A stretch of 59,495 nucleotides of DNA from an uncultured virus (IMG/VR IMGVR_UViG_3300027754_005401) (IMGVR_UViG_3300027754_005401); one strand, 5' to 3'; positions 43,624 through 53,141 are shown, counted from the stretch's first letter. The notes: generated by a model from the sequence alone, not told the origin. Numbers and translations are program-made.

Positions 43624-45162
43624 ATGAATTTTAAAAATTGGTTAATATCTGAAGAACAACTTTTTAATGAGGACTTCAAAACTCAAAGAGAAAAATTCAT
43701 CCAACAAGGCATAGGAAAAGACATCGTTGACGGTTACCTCAAGGATTTTAAAACCATCAAAGAAAAAAAATATAAACAAATCAATGATCCAATACACGGA
43801 TTAGAACATATCAAAGACAGAATCAATATAGACGCTTATAAAACATTCCATGAACTAGCATCGCTAGTAGATTATGTCAAAGGACAAACTGATGTTTCTG
43901 GTAAAACCAATTATAAAAATATCGAAGTAGATGCAACACCAATTCATGAAGATAACGACTTGATAATTTATTACGCAGATACTCCTCAAGCATGCGTTAC
44001 TTACAAAGGTGATGTTCCATATTCTTGGTGCATTGCCCGACCCGATGCAAGTAATTTATTTTATTTTTATAGATTAGGTAAACTAGAACCATCATTCTAT
44101 TTTGTAAAAAACAAGGAAAGAACTAACAAAGAACTTGAAACATTTAAAGGAAAAACATTCACTGATAAATATCACTTCTTTGTAATTCAAGTAATAAAAA
44201 ATGCTAACCCTGAAGATGAAGATAATCAACAATATATTGTAACTTCCGCAGAAAATGATGGTGATGAAAAAATGTCATGGACTGATATATTAAAATTAGA
44301 ACCAAAATTAATTAATAAACAAAACATATTTGCTAGTAAACTTTTAGCACCTAAAGAAAAAGAATTATACAAAAGATTTAGCAATGGTATTTCTGATAAA
44401 GAATTTGAAAATTTACCTTTTGATGAAAAAGATATGTATTTGAGTGTTTATGTTAGAGAAAACCGACCACTTACCGACAACCAATTTAAATTTTTACCAT
44501 CTGATTTAAAAAATAAGTATATTGGATTTGGAACAGGATTAAGTTATGAACAATTTAAAATGATTGATTCTGATTCTAAATTATATAAAAGATATGAAGA
44601 TGTTACAAGAATTAAAATAAAAAAAACAATTGGAACTGATAAATTTAATCTTATGCCAACTGAAATTATTGTTATGAAAAAAATAGCAAGTGAAATTGAT
44701 TTTGATAAACTTTCTGGATTTAGCCTTGCCCCGTTATTAGGCAGAGAAAGTAAAAACCAAAAAGACGAAATGGCAGAATTGATTATAAAATATAAATCAG
44801 AACTTTCTAATAAGGAAATTGATGATTTGATTCGTTATGCAAAATACAAAGACAAAATAACAGAACTATTAAAAGATAAAATAAAAGATAAAATAAACAA
44901 CTTTTCTAATAATGATGTTGCTAATTTGCTTCTTAGAGCAGACTACAACTACAGATTTTATATAGTAAAACTATTGGGAACAGCTAATATAAGTAAGCTT
45001 GATGGTCTTAATTTATATAGTATATTTTTAAATTCTAATAAAGATGATGATGATCTAATTCAAATTGCAATTATCATAGACAGATATCACACAAATAAAA
45101 ACCTTGTAAAAAGATTTACAAGCAAATTCGAACATTTTCTCGACAAAAAACCTCCTGAATAA
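43624..45162 (+). CDS. CTS-tagged protein (YSWC.AR domain plus helical repeats), paralogue of 50275
   Basis: MNFKNWLISEE; ACVTYKG.VPYSWC.AR...FYFVKN. Confidence 0.85.
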   Translation: MNFKNWLISEEQLFNEDFKTQREKFIQQGIGKDIVDGYLKDFKTIKEKKYKQINDPIHGLEHIKDRINIDAYKTFHELASLVDYVKGQTDVSGKTNYKNIEVDATPIHEDNDLIIYYADTPQACVTYKGDVPYSWCIARPDASNLFYFYRLGKLEPSFYFVKNKERTNKELETFKGKTFTDKYHFFVIQVIKNANPEDEDNQQYIVTSAENDGDEKMSWTDILKLEPKLINKQNIFASKLLAPKEKELYKRFSNGISDKEFENLPFDEKDMYLSVYVRENRPLTDNQFKFLPSDLKNKYIGFGTGLSYEQFKMIDSDSKLYKRYEDVTRIKIKKTIGTDKFNLMPTEIIVMKKIASEIDFDKLSGFSLAPLLGRESKNQKDEMAELIIKYKSELSNKEIDDLIRYAKYKDKITELLKDKIKDKINNFSNNDVANLLLRADYNYRFYIVKLLGTANISKLDGLNLYSIFLNSNKDDDDLIQIAIIIDRYHTNKNLVKRFTSKFEHFLDKKPPE

Positions 45163-45202
45163 AAAACGGAACTAATTCGTACTACCATTGCATAAATACA
45201 CT
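45160..45202 (+). promoter_or_regulatory. cassette repeat with late promoter
   Basis: taaaaaacggaactaattcgtactaccattgCATAAATAcact. Confidence 0.9.
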
Positions 45203-46189
45203 ATGAATTTTAAAAATTGGCTAATAAAAGAAGGTGCAATTCAAGTACCATTTAAAGTTTTTGAACCAATTGTTACTGATTATTTCAATTACTTGAAAAA
45301 TAATATTGAAAAACCACAAAGAAAAACCAAAACATATAGCTTGGATTTCTCAAATACAAAATATGAATTTTTAAAACATCTTAACCCAAAATTAAAAGTA
45401 AATTATAAAGGCTTTAAAGATAATACCGTTGGACATTATTTTGGAGAAAAAGCAGATGTTGCAATACACGATGACCAAACATATGAAGTAACAGGAGTTA
45501 TAGAACTAAAATATGATTTGTTTAAAAATTTTTATTATTCTGCAATTGTTAATCCTGCAATTTATGGACTTGTAGAACATGAATTTACTCATTTCTTACA
45601 ACATTTACTTGATATTAATGAATACCTTAAAAACAATGAAAGCATACCAGATGACATGGATCTTATTCCAATTAAAGCACATGGTGGCAGTGTGCCAAAA
45701 AGATTAACAAAATATCTGATGAAAAAACAAGATGTTGATTTTTATGGTTATAATTTAAAAACAAACAAACCGATAGATCACGAAAAAAGACCAATAGAAT
45801 TTCAAACTAATCTTATTTCTGTTTTAGACAAAATACAATCAAGCTTTGTAAATGCATTTTTAAGTGGAAATTTAAACCCAAGTTATTTTTCTTATCCTTA
45901 TGACATTGTAAAAACTATCAAAACTAAAGAAGATTTTGAAAAAAATAAAAATTTAATAATTGGATTTTTAAACAACCCAATAGAAAAAAAGAAATTCATT
46001 CTTTCATCTAAAAAAGGACAGTTTAGAATTGATAGCGATGACTTAACAAATGTTAAAAAATATAACACAGAATTGTATAATTGGTACTTAAATGAAATTT
46101 ATAAAAACTTTGTAACAAAAGATATCGAAGAAAATAAACTAAATTACTTAGCGGATGTGTATTTCTTTTCCAAAAAATCTTATAAATAA
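45203..46189 (+). CDS. CTS-tagged HExxH metallopeptidase-like protein
   Basis: MNFKNWLIKE; VEHEFTHFLQH; DHEKRPIEFQTNL. Confidence 0.82.
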   Translation: MNFKNWLIKEGAIQVPFKVFEPIVTDYFNYLKNNIEKPQRKTKTYSLDFSNTKYEFLKHLNPKLKVNYKGFKDNTVGHYFGEKADVAIHDDQTYEVTGVIELKYDLFKNFYYSAIVNPAIYGLVEHEFTHFLQHLLDINEYLKNNESIPDDMDLIPIKAHGGSVPKRLTKYLMKKQDVDFYGYNLKTNKPIDHEKRPIEFQTNLISVLDKIQSSFVNAFLSGNLNPSYFSYPYDIVKTIKTKEDFEKNKNLIIGFLNNPIEKKKFILSSKKGQFRIDSDDLTNVKKYNTELYNWYLNEIYKNFVTKDIEENKLNYLADVYFFSKKSYK

Positions 46190-46255
46190 AAAACGGAACT
46201 AATTCGCACTACTATTGCATAAATACAAAGAAAGCGGAACTAATTCGCACTACTA
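46187..46255 (+). promoter_or_regulatory. one full plus one partial cassette repeat
   Basis: taaaaaacggaactaattcgcactactattgCATAAATAca, then cggaactaattcgcactacta again at 46235. Confidence 0.88.
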
Positions 46256-46272
46256 CCAAAAAATAGGAAATT

Positions 46273-46986
46273 ATGAATTTTAAAATATGGTTGGAAAATT
46301 ATAAAGATATTAATAATAAAGAAGAATATGAAAAAATAAACAAACTCAACATGACAGCTAGTTTACCATTTGAACCTAAAAGTATTCCACAAGCGATAAG
46401 CGATATTGGCAAACTAACTAGAGGATTTCATTTAAATACCATCGTTGGTCGTATGATGACTCCATGGATTAATTCACTAAACAGAGCACCTATAGATTAT
46501 GAATTATTAGAAACCGACCCAGAAAAAGCAACAAAATGGTCAGTTAGTAGCACCGATAGAAAAGCAAATAATAATTATAAAGCTGCATATGACTTGTTTA
46601 AACAGGAAATAGCCAACGCAGTAGATGCTTTACCAGTTAAACTTGGAATTAATATTATGACAGGCAAACCAGAAGATGTTCTTTTGAAAACTAAAGAATT
46701 TTTATCAAATTATACTCCCGAAGAAAAAGACCTTGTAAAATCACTCGACAACGCTTGGAATTTATATACAAAAGTATTTGGAAACGATAAAAAAAGTAAT
46801 TTTTCTCAAATTCAAAACTTTGCAAACTTCTTTCAACTCGTCAAAGAAGAATTTATGAAAATTGGCGAACTACTCAATAACATGCAAGATGACGATGGAT
46901 TAAATGTAATAGAAAATGATTTTTTAAAAGCTCTTAATAAAGAACAAAGAAAATATGAAAAAATGATGGGCGTTTCATTTGAATAA
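46273..46986 (+). CDS. CTS-tagged hypothetical protein
   Basis: MNFKIWLEN; AGGA RBS. Confidence 0.8.
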   Translation: MNFKIWLENYKDINNKEEYEKINKLNMTASLPFEPKSIPQAISDIGKLTRGFHLNTIVGRMMTPWINSLNRAPIDYELLETDPEKATKWSVSSTDRKANNNYKAAYDLFKQEIANAVDALPVKLGINIMTGKPEDVLLKTKEFLSNYTPEEKDLVKSLDNAWNLYTKVFGNDKKSNFSQIQNFANFFQLVKEEFMKIGELLNNMQDDDGLNVIENDFLKALNKEQRKYEKMMGVSFE

Positions 46987-46993
46987 TAGATTT

Positions 46994-47036
46994 TAAAAAA
47001 CGGAACTAATTCGCCCTACCATTGCATAAATACACT
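46994..47036 (+). promoter_or_regulatory. cassette repeat with late promoter
   Basis: taaaaaacggaactaattcgccctaccattgCATAAATAcact. Confidence 0.9.
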
Positions 47037-47186
47037 ATGGATACTTTTGAAAATACATCTCCTCCAGAAGAACAAATTCAAAAAGTTTTAGCCAAATGCT
47101 GGAACTGCGAAAATTATGTTTATTGCACTGGAACAATTCTTAATTATTGCGATATGTGCCTAAATGAAATGACAAAGACACAATGA
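47037..47186 (+). CDS. 49-aa zinc-finger microprotein (CxxC...CxxC)
   Basis: Hand-translated MDTFENTSPPEEQIQKVLAKCWNCENYVYCTGTILNYCDMCLNEMTKTQ; directly behind the repeat; ATGA overlap with the next gene. Confidence 0.7.
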   Translation: MDTFENTSPPEEQIQKVLAKCWNCENYVYCTGTILNYCDMCLNEMTKTQ

Positions 47187-47650
47187 ACTTTAAAAATTGG
47201 CTATTAAACGAAGCAAGACAAGGTTTTCTACGATACCTTAAAGAAAAATTACCGCTTGTTCCTGAATATGTCTTGTTTGATTTATTTTATAAAAATATAA
47301 AAAATTCTAAACCTGAAGAAATAGAAGAACTTATACAAATTTATAAAGATTTTAAATGGGAATTTAAAACAAATTTTCACATAAGCTACGAAATATTTGA
47401 TGATACAACTATTCAAAAACTTAAAATTAGAAAAGGTGGAACAGTAAATCCATACGGTGTTCCTAACGATAAACAAAGACATGATAAACAAAAAGAACTA
47501 ATTACAAAAGCAATTCCTAAAGAACCAATCATATTAATTAAAAATGGTAATAAATATGAATTGCTGGAAGGATGGCATAGAACCATTCAATTATTTGAAA
47601 AATATCCAAAGGGATTTGTTTACCCACAAGTTTATATAGGTATACCATGA
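47183..47650 (+). CDS. CTS-tagged ParB/Srx-like domain protein
   Basis: MNFKNWLLNE; EPIILIK....YELLEGWHR. Confidence 0.75.
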   Translation: MNFKNWLLNEARQGFLRYLKEKLPLVPEYVLFDLFYKNIKNSKPEEIEELIQIYKDFKWEFKTNFHISYEIFDDTTIQKLKIRKGGTVNPYGVPNDKQRHDKQKELITKAIPKEPIILIKNGNKYELLEGWHRTIQLFEKYPKGFVYPQVYIGIP

Positions 47651-48189
47651 ACTTTAAAAACTGGCTACTACTCTCTGAAGAACAAATTTTAAATGAAAGA
47701 TTTAGAGAAATAGCTGCTGGTAATGAAAATTTCAAATTTTTATTTGATCAGGAACATAAATTTTTAGCCTATGATCGTAGAACAAACTTAAATGTAGGTT
47801 GGCTCATAGTAGGTTATAAAAATGAAGATGGATCAAGATCTGTTCACAATGTAGCTGTAGATCCAGTCTTTAGAAGACAAGGAATAGCCACATCTCTATA
47901 TAAAGCAGCAGAACAAGAATTCGGCAAACTTACACCCAGCACCGCCCAATCAGATAACGCATTTGACTTCTGGAAAACTTATCGACCAGAAGCTGTTAAA
48001 AACAAAACAGACCTAAGACCATTTAAAGATCAGTTAATAGGCAAGAAATTCGACCATCCAAGATTAGGACCAATGGAAATAATAGAAGTAAATATACATA
48101 CAGCTACAGGACTTATTAAAAATAGAGAACGGCATACCGAAATTTTTCTAAATAAAAATGACTTAATAAAGTTTAATCTATTACCATAA
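47647..48189 (+). CDS. CTS-tagged GNAT acetyltransferase
   Basis: VAVDPVFRRQGIATSLY...QSDNAFDFW. Confidence 0.88.
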   Translation: MNFKNWLLLSEEQILNERFREIAAGNENFKFLFDQEHKFLAYDRRTNLNVGWLIVGYKNEDGSRSVHNVAVDPVFRRQGIATSLYKAAEQEFGKLTPSTAQSDNAFDFWKTYRPEAVKNKTDLRPFKDQLIGKKFDHPRLGPMEIIEVNIHTATGLIKNRERHTEIFLNKNDLIKFNLLP

Positions 48190-48196
48190 ATACACT

Positions 48197-49147
48197 ATGA
48201 ACTTTAAAAACTGGCTATTACTAAATGAGGTTTCTGATTTTGAAAAAAATCAGATGGGAACAAAAAAACTAACTTATAATTATGTTTCCCAAAAAGAATG
48301 GCCAAAATTGCGTGAATACTTGGTTCAACAATCTTTGACACGAAATCCTAATTTAGACACAGAGTTAACAGCTTATACACCAGGCGAAACCTTGGAACTG
48401 CTTGATCATCCTAAAATTAAAGCATGGTTTAAAAAAATGAAAAATTTTAAAATACCAGATAAATATGGTCTTGTTATACTAGTAGCTTGTGCAGCTTCTA
48501 AACCTTGGGGTCAAGGTTGTAAAGGTGAATTTTATCCATCTTACAACAAAATTAGAACAGAAGAAGAACTTAAAACAAGAAAAAATTCTAAACCTAGTTA
48601 CTTCGTTACTATATCAGAACCTCTTGGAGTTGTTCCTCAAGATTTCTGGGATAACTTCCCACAATATGATAATCCAGGTCTATTTAAGGACAACACACAA
48701 CAAAGTATGACAACTAAAGATTGGATACAAAAATCACCTTTTAACCAAAAAAGAGAAATGCCTTTTGACGATGAAGCATTTAATAAATGTATTGAAATAT
48801 TAGGTAATGTTATTGGTACCTTTATCAAAAATAACCCAAATCATGAATATATATCTATTGTTGAACAAGCAGATAAAACAAAGATTTCAACACATAGCAA
48901 AATGTTAGATATTGCACAGGCTTATGCTAAAAAATCAATATTAAGAAATGAAAAAAAACCAAGTAAAGGTAGAGATAAATATGACGGTGTTGCTCATGTT
49001 AAAAAAATAATTCAACAAAGTCCAACAAAGTATACTAAAGAAGATGAAGAATATCTAAGAAAAAATTTAACAGGCAATGTATCATTAGATAAAGATGTCA
49101 TAAAAAATTTAAAAGAAATACAAAAAGATAGAAATTTTAAACTATGA
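48197..49147 (+). CDS. CTS-tagged DUF5591-like (ArcS/TGT-associated) protein
   Basis: ILVACAASKPW...TISEPLGVVP.....PQYDNPG; CATAAATAcact upstream. Confidence 0.65.
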   Translation: MNFKNWLLLNEVSDFEKNQMGTKKLTYNYVSQKEWPKLREYLVQQSLTRNPNLDTELTAYTPGETLELLDHPKIKAWFKKMKNFKIPDKYGLVILVACAASKPWGQGCKGEFYPSYNKIRTEEELKTRKNSKPSYFVTISEPLGVVPQDFWDNFPQYDNPGLFKDNTQQSMTTKDWIQKSPFNQKREMPFDDEAFNKCIEILGNVIGTFIKNNPNHEYISIVEQADKTKISTHSKMLDIAQAYAKKSILRNEKKPSKGRDKYDGVAHVKKIIQQSPTKYTKEDEEYLRKNLTGNVSLDKDVIKNLKEIQKDRNFKL

Positions 49148-49731
49148 ACTTTAAAAACTGGCTACTATTAACTGAAAACATAATCGTAAAAAAAGATGAT
49201 ATTATGTTTGTGAATTTTGTGGAAGATCAACAATTAAGACTTGAATTAGAAAATCAAGATTATGATGTTTATGTCCGTGGAAGTTTTTCAGACGGGCCAT
49301 TACTTGAAATAGACAAAGTAGGTTCAATTAGATTGTTAATGGCTGGTCCGATTAGCAGACCAACATATTATACTGTACATTCAATTAATGGAAAATCAAA
49401 AGGTGCAGGAACAATATTGTACTTTGCTGCACTTGAATTCGTGGTTAAATATGGAATTAGATCTGCAAATGGATTGCTTGCATCAGATACAACAATATCA
49501 TCAGATGCAGTTAGAGCAAGAAAAAGACTTCAAGATAATTATGGCGAATATATCTCTATACATGAACATCCAGATATAAAAAATGCCAAAACTCACAACT
49601 GGACTGATGAAAGATTAAAAGCTACTCCAGAGGAAGCGTCAATGTGGAAATTAAAAACTCTTGCACATCCATTTAATTTTAATTTTATATCTGCAAATCC
49701 ACAAATAAAAACACCAAAATTCAATCCCTAA
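49144..49731 (+). CDS. CTS-tagged GNAT-like protein
   Basis: KGAGTILYFAALE...LASD..ISSDA. Confidence 0.6.
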   Translation: MNFKNWLLLTENIIVKKDDIMFVNFVEDQQLRLELENQDYDVYVRGSFSDGPLLEIDKVGSIRLLMAGPISRPTYYTVHSINGKSKGAGTILYFAALEFVVKYGIRSANGLLASDTTISSDAVRARKRLQDNYGEYISIHEHPDIKNAKTHNWTDERLKATPEEASMWKLKTLAHPFNFNFISANPQIKTPKFNP

Positions 49732-49746
49732 TCAATAAATACCTTT

Positions 49747-50271
49747 ATGAACTTTAAACTATGGCTGTTATCTGAAATGCCCGTTATTTCTCTGCAAGGT
49801 AAAACCGTACTCGCAGATGATAAACCTCTCAAAGAAGTCGATGTTGATAATGTCAAAAACAATATCGTCAGTTTCCAACAAGCAACTAAGAGTATTTTTC
49901 ATGAAGCAGGAGCAATTTGGGTCTATTTTCTTGACTCAGAAGAATCTGCTAAAAAAATGATAGCACAACAGATACCTTTCCTAACGGTTCCCACAATTGC
50001 TGATGGCGATGATCCAATAACTGAGGTGTGGAAAAAACGATATGCCAAAAAAGGAACCGAACACATTTTGGGACTATTAGAAGGCAATGCCAATGAAAAA
50101 GACATTTATATAAACATGATGACTGTTAGACCTAAATATAAAAGAAACACCATCAATACAAAAATGATACAATTTTTGCAATCAGAATTTCCAAATGCAA
50201 AAATATCTTTTAGTTCACCTACACCAGAAGGCAAAAAATTTATAAATAAATACACAAAAATTGATAAATAA
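49747..50271 (+). CDS. CTS-tagged GNAT-like protein
   Basis: MNFKLWLLSE; IYINMMTVRPKYKRNTINTKMI...PTPEGKKF. Confidence 0.65.
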   Translation: MNFKLWLLSEMPVISLQGKTVLADDKPLKEVDVDNVKNNIVSFQQATKSIFHEAGAIWVYFLDSEESAKKMIAQQIPFLTVPTIADGDDPITEVWKKRYAKKGTEHILGLLEGNANEKDIYINMMTVRPKYKRNTINTKMIQFLQSEFPNAKISFSSPTPEGKKFINKYTKIDK

Positions 50272-50274
50272 ATC

Positions 50275-52071
50275 ATGAACTTTAAAAACTGGCTACTACT
50301 CTCTGAAGAACAACTTTTTAATGAAGATTTTAAAACTCAAAGAGAAAAATTCATCCAACAAGGCATAGAACCAGATGCCGTTGACTATTACCTCAATACC
50401 TTTAAAACTATTAAAGATAAAAAATACAAACAAATTAATGACCCAATACAAGGTCTTGAACATATCAAAGATAAAACCAATATAGATGCTTTTAAAATAT
50501 GGAAAGAACTAGAAGACTTCGTTGATTATGTTAAAAGCCAAGTAGATGTTTCTGGTAAAACTAGTTACAAGAATATCAAAGTAGACGCAAAACCAATCTA
50601 TGAAGATAACGACCTGATAATTTATTACGCAGATACTCCTCAAGCATGTGTTACTTACAAAGGCAATGTTCCATATTCTTGGTGTGTTGCCAGAACCGAT
50701 GCAAGTAATATGTTTTACCACTATAGATTTGGAACACATAAACCATCATTCTATTTTGTAAAAAATAAGGAACGAACCAATACAGAACTTGAAACATTTA
50801 AAGGAGGAACATTTACTGATAAATATCACTTCTTCGTAATCCAAGTAATAAAATATGCTAAACCTGAAAATAAAGATGATCAACAATACATTGTAACTTC
50901 TGCACAAAATATTGGTGATCAACAAATGTCATGGAATGATATATTAAAACTAGAACCTAAATTAACTAATAAAGAAAATATATTTATCAGCAAGCCTCTT
51001 GGAATTAAAGAAGAAGAACTATACAAAAAATTCAAAAATGGTATTTCTGATAAAGAATTTGAAAACTTACCTTTTGATGAAAAAGATATGTACTTGAATA
51101 TTTATGTAAGACAAGACCGACCACTAACCGACAACCAATTTAAATTTTTACCAACTGATTTAAAAAATAAGTATATTGGCTTTGGAGTTGGTTTGTCTGA
51201 TGAACAAGTTGAAATGATTGATTCTAAATTATACAAAAGATATGAAGATGTCACAAAAACTAAAATAGAAAAAACTATTGGAACTGAAGAATTTAAACTT
51301 ACACCAAGCGAAGTTAATATATTATTAAAATATATAAATGAATTTGATTTCAACAAACTTTCTTATGATAATGTTGAGTATTTGCTTAAATACGCAACTG
51401 ATGACAACATGGCAAAATTAATTATACAAAAGAAACAAAACCTTTATACTTTTGATGTTTTTAATTTGCTTGATTATGCAACCAATAAAGAAGAAATAGC
51501 AGAACTATTACAAAAAGATAACATTAGTGAACTTAGACACAATGATATTGTTACATTGCTTAATAATGCAACCGATAAAGACAAAATGGCAGAACTACTT
51601 ATAAAATATAAAACAAATTTTCGTGATAATATTTATTATTTGCTTTTTTTTGCAACCGATGATAACAAAGACAAAATAGCAGAACTAATTATCGAAAAAG
51701 AAAAAGAACTTTCTAGCTTGCATCTTCTTCCTGATATTGGTATCGAAGCGTTACTTTATTATTCAAATGACACAGAAAAAATAGCAAACTTGCTAGGAAC
51801 AGATAACATAAATAGAATTGAAAATAGAAATATTTTCAAGTTGATTACAAAATTAGAAGGCAGACCTTTAAAACTAGAAATAATTGCTAAAATATTAGGA
51901 GAAACAAATATAAGTAAACTTACTTATGATTCTATTAAGTTAATGCTTAGCAAATCACATCCTAAAAAAGAAAATACCGCAAAAATACTAAATCAATATT
52001 ATGCAAATAAAACACCACAAATAAAAAGATTAATTAATAAACATTTAAAAACAAAAACCCTTCCTGAATAA
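50275..52071 (+). CDS. CTS-tagged protein, paralogue of 43624, with longer helical-repeat C-terminus
   Basis: About 330 N-terminal residues closely match 43624; repeats of L...V..LL..AT.K..AELL. Confidence 0.85.
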   Translation: MNFKNWLLLSEEQLFNEDFKTQREKFIQQGIEPDAVDYYLNTFKTIKDKKYKQINDPIQGLEHIKDKTNIDAFKIWKELEDFVDYVKSQVDVSGKTSYKNIKVDAKPIYEDNDLIIYYADTPQACVTYKGNVPYSWCVARTDASNMFYHYRFGTHKPSFYFVKNKERTNTELETFKGGTFTDKYHFFVIQVIKYAKPENKDDQQYIVTSAQNIGDQQMSWNDILKLEPKLTNKENIFISKPLGIKEEELYKKFKNGISDKEFENLPFDEKDMYLNIYVRQDRPLTDNQFKFLPTDLKNKYIGFGVGLSDEQVEMIDSKLYKRYEDVTKTKIEKTIGTEEFKLTPSEVNILLKYINEFDFNKLSYDNVEYLLKYATDDNMAKLIIQKKQNLYTFDVFNLLDYATNKEEIAELLQKDNISELRHNDIVTLLNNATDKDKMAELLIKYKTNFRDNIYYLLFFATDDNKDKIAELIIEKEKELSSLHLLPDIGIEALLYYSNDTEKIANLLGTDNINRIENRNIFKLITKLEGRPLKLEIIAKILGETNISKLTYDSIKLMLSKSHPKKENTAKILNQYYANKTPQIKRLINKHLKTKTLPE

Positions 52072-52128
52072 AAAAAATTATTACCGCCCTTTTTTTTACC
52101 AAACCTCTTTTTATAAACACTAAGTTTT

Positions 52129-52144
52129 TGTACACTAGTGTACA
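52129..52144. other. perfect 16-bp palindrome
   Basis: tgtacactagtgtaca. Confidence 0.9.
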
Positions 52145-52365
52145 TTTACTTAGTATCCAATTTTGCAACAACACAGTATACGCCAAAAATATACCTCGTC
52201 AAACAAACAAAGGGAGTGATAATGGTGTAGAGCATATAAGGAGTACCCAACTCTCTAATGTTTTTTATTTTTAATTTATTAATTTTTAATTTTGCAACAA
52301 AGTTATTTTTAAAATATTAATATATTAATACCATCTTTGTATTTGATAGTACCAAGTCTAAGGTT

Positions 52366-52465
52366 GCCTAGCCTAGCCTAGCCTGACCTGACCTGACCTG
52401 ACCTGACCTGACCTGACCTGACCTAGCCTAGCCTAGTCTGGCCTGACCTAGTCTGGCCTGACCTT
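52366..52465. repeat. pentamer microsatellite (RCCTR), 20 units
   Basis: gccta x3, gcctg, acctg x7, then mixed accta/gccta/gtctg/gcctg. Confidence 0.95.
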
Positions 52466-52466
52466 A

Positions 52467-52613
52467 CTAATCTTTTAAAGTAGATTAAGAATTAATTAAT
52501 ACCTGCCTGATTATTTAAAGTAGATTAAGAATTAATAATTAATCTTTTAAAGTAGATTAAGTAATTAATTAATACCTGCCTGATTATTTAAAGTAGATTA
52601 AGAATTAATTAAT
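52467..52613 (+). repeat. AAAGTAGATTAAG motif array 1 (4 copies)
   Basis: Copies at 52477, 52517, 52549, 52590. Confidence 0.95.
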
Positions 52614-52643
52614 ACTGCTCCTGCTCCTGCTCCTGTAAACAAA

Positions 52644-52674
52644 GCAAGGCCAAGGTTATTAGCCTTGGCCTTGC
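52644..52674 (-). terminator. intrinsic terminator
   Basis: gcaaggccaagg/ccttggccttgc 12-bp stem, then TTTGTTT on the minus strand; downstream of 52704-53042. Confidence 0.88.
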
Positions 52675-52703
52675 ATGATTGATTGATTGAACCTTACTGA
52701 ACC

Positions 52704-53042
52704 TTACCTAAGCTTATGTTCGTTGTTAGACCTCTCCCATTCAAGGCGTTCCATTACTCTATCCTTCAACGCCTGACCTATTAGAGCAACTGCATCATGC
52801 AACTCCATGATCTCTTCCGTAGAAGGGTCTTCGGACACTTCACTCCACATGGCAACCTTAACCATGTCTATGATGCCACCATTGATAGGATCTACCGAGT
52901 ATCCATCGATAGATTCAATTGATTCAATATTCCAGTCATGGATTACACCTACAGGTTCGCTATGGAAGTTACCTGTTCGCAGGTTGCTGTTTAATATTGT
53001 TTCGCACTCACGATTAATCATGGCCACTAATTTCCTAAGCAT
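52704..53042 (-). CDS. hypothetical protein
   Basis: 112 aa, GGGAG RBS, own promoter and terminator. Confidence 0.8.
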   Translation of the reverse strand: MLRKLVAMINRECETILNSNLRTGNFHSEPVGVIHDWNIESIESIDGYSVDPINGGIIDMVKVAMWSEVSEDPSTEEIMELHDAVALIGQALKDRVMERLEWERSNNEHKLR

Positions 53043-53101
53043 TTCTAAACTCCCTGAAAAAATAGAACCAACTTGGCAAACAAAATATCTGCCTAATTAA
53101 T

Positions 53102-53130
53102 ATATCGGTTTATCATCCTTAGAAATTTAA
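53102..53130 (-). promoter_or_regulatory. sigma28/FliA-like promoter
   Basis: Minus strand TAAA-N16-ACCGATAT. Confidence 0.6.
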
Positions 53131-53141
53131 TTAATGTATGA

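Noticed and set aside
41302..47036. Integron attC sites
   Set aside because: The repeats lack the long inverted-repeat structure and RYYYAAC/GTTRRRY ends, and no integrase is in the window; kept only as an analogy
52200..52260. Possible tRNA or structured RNA (gggagt...actctc)
   Set aside because: No cloverleaf or T-loop consensus; only a short weak stem
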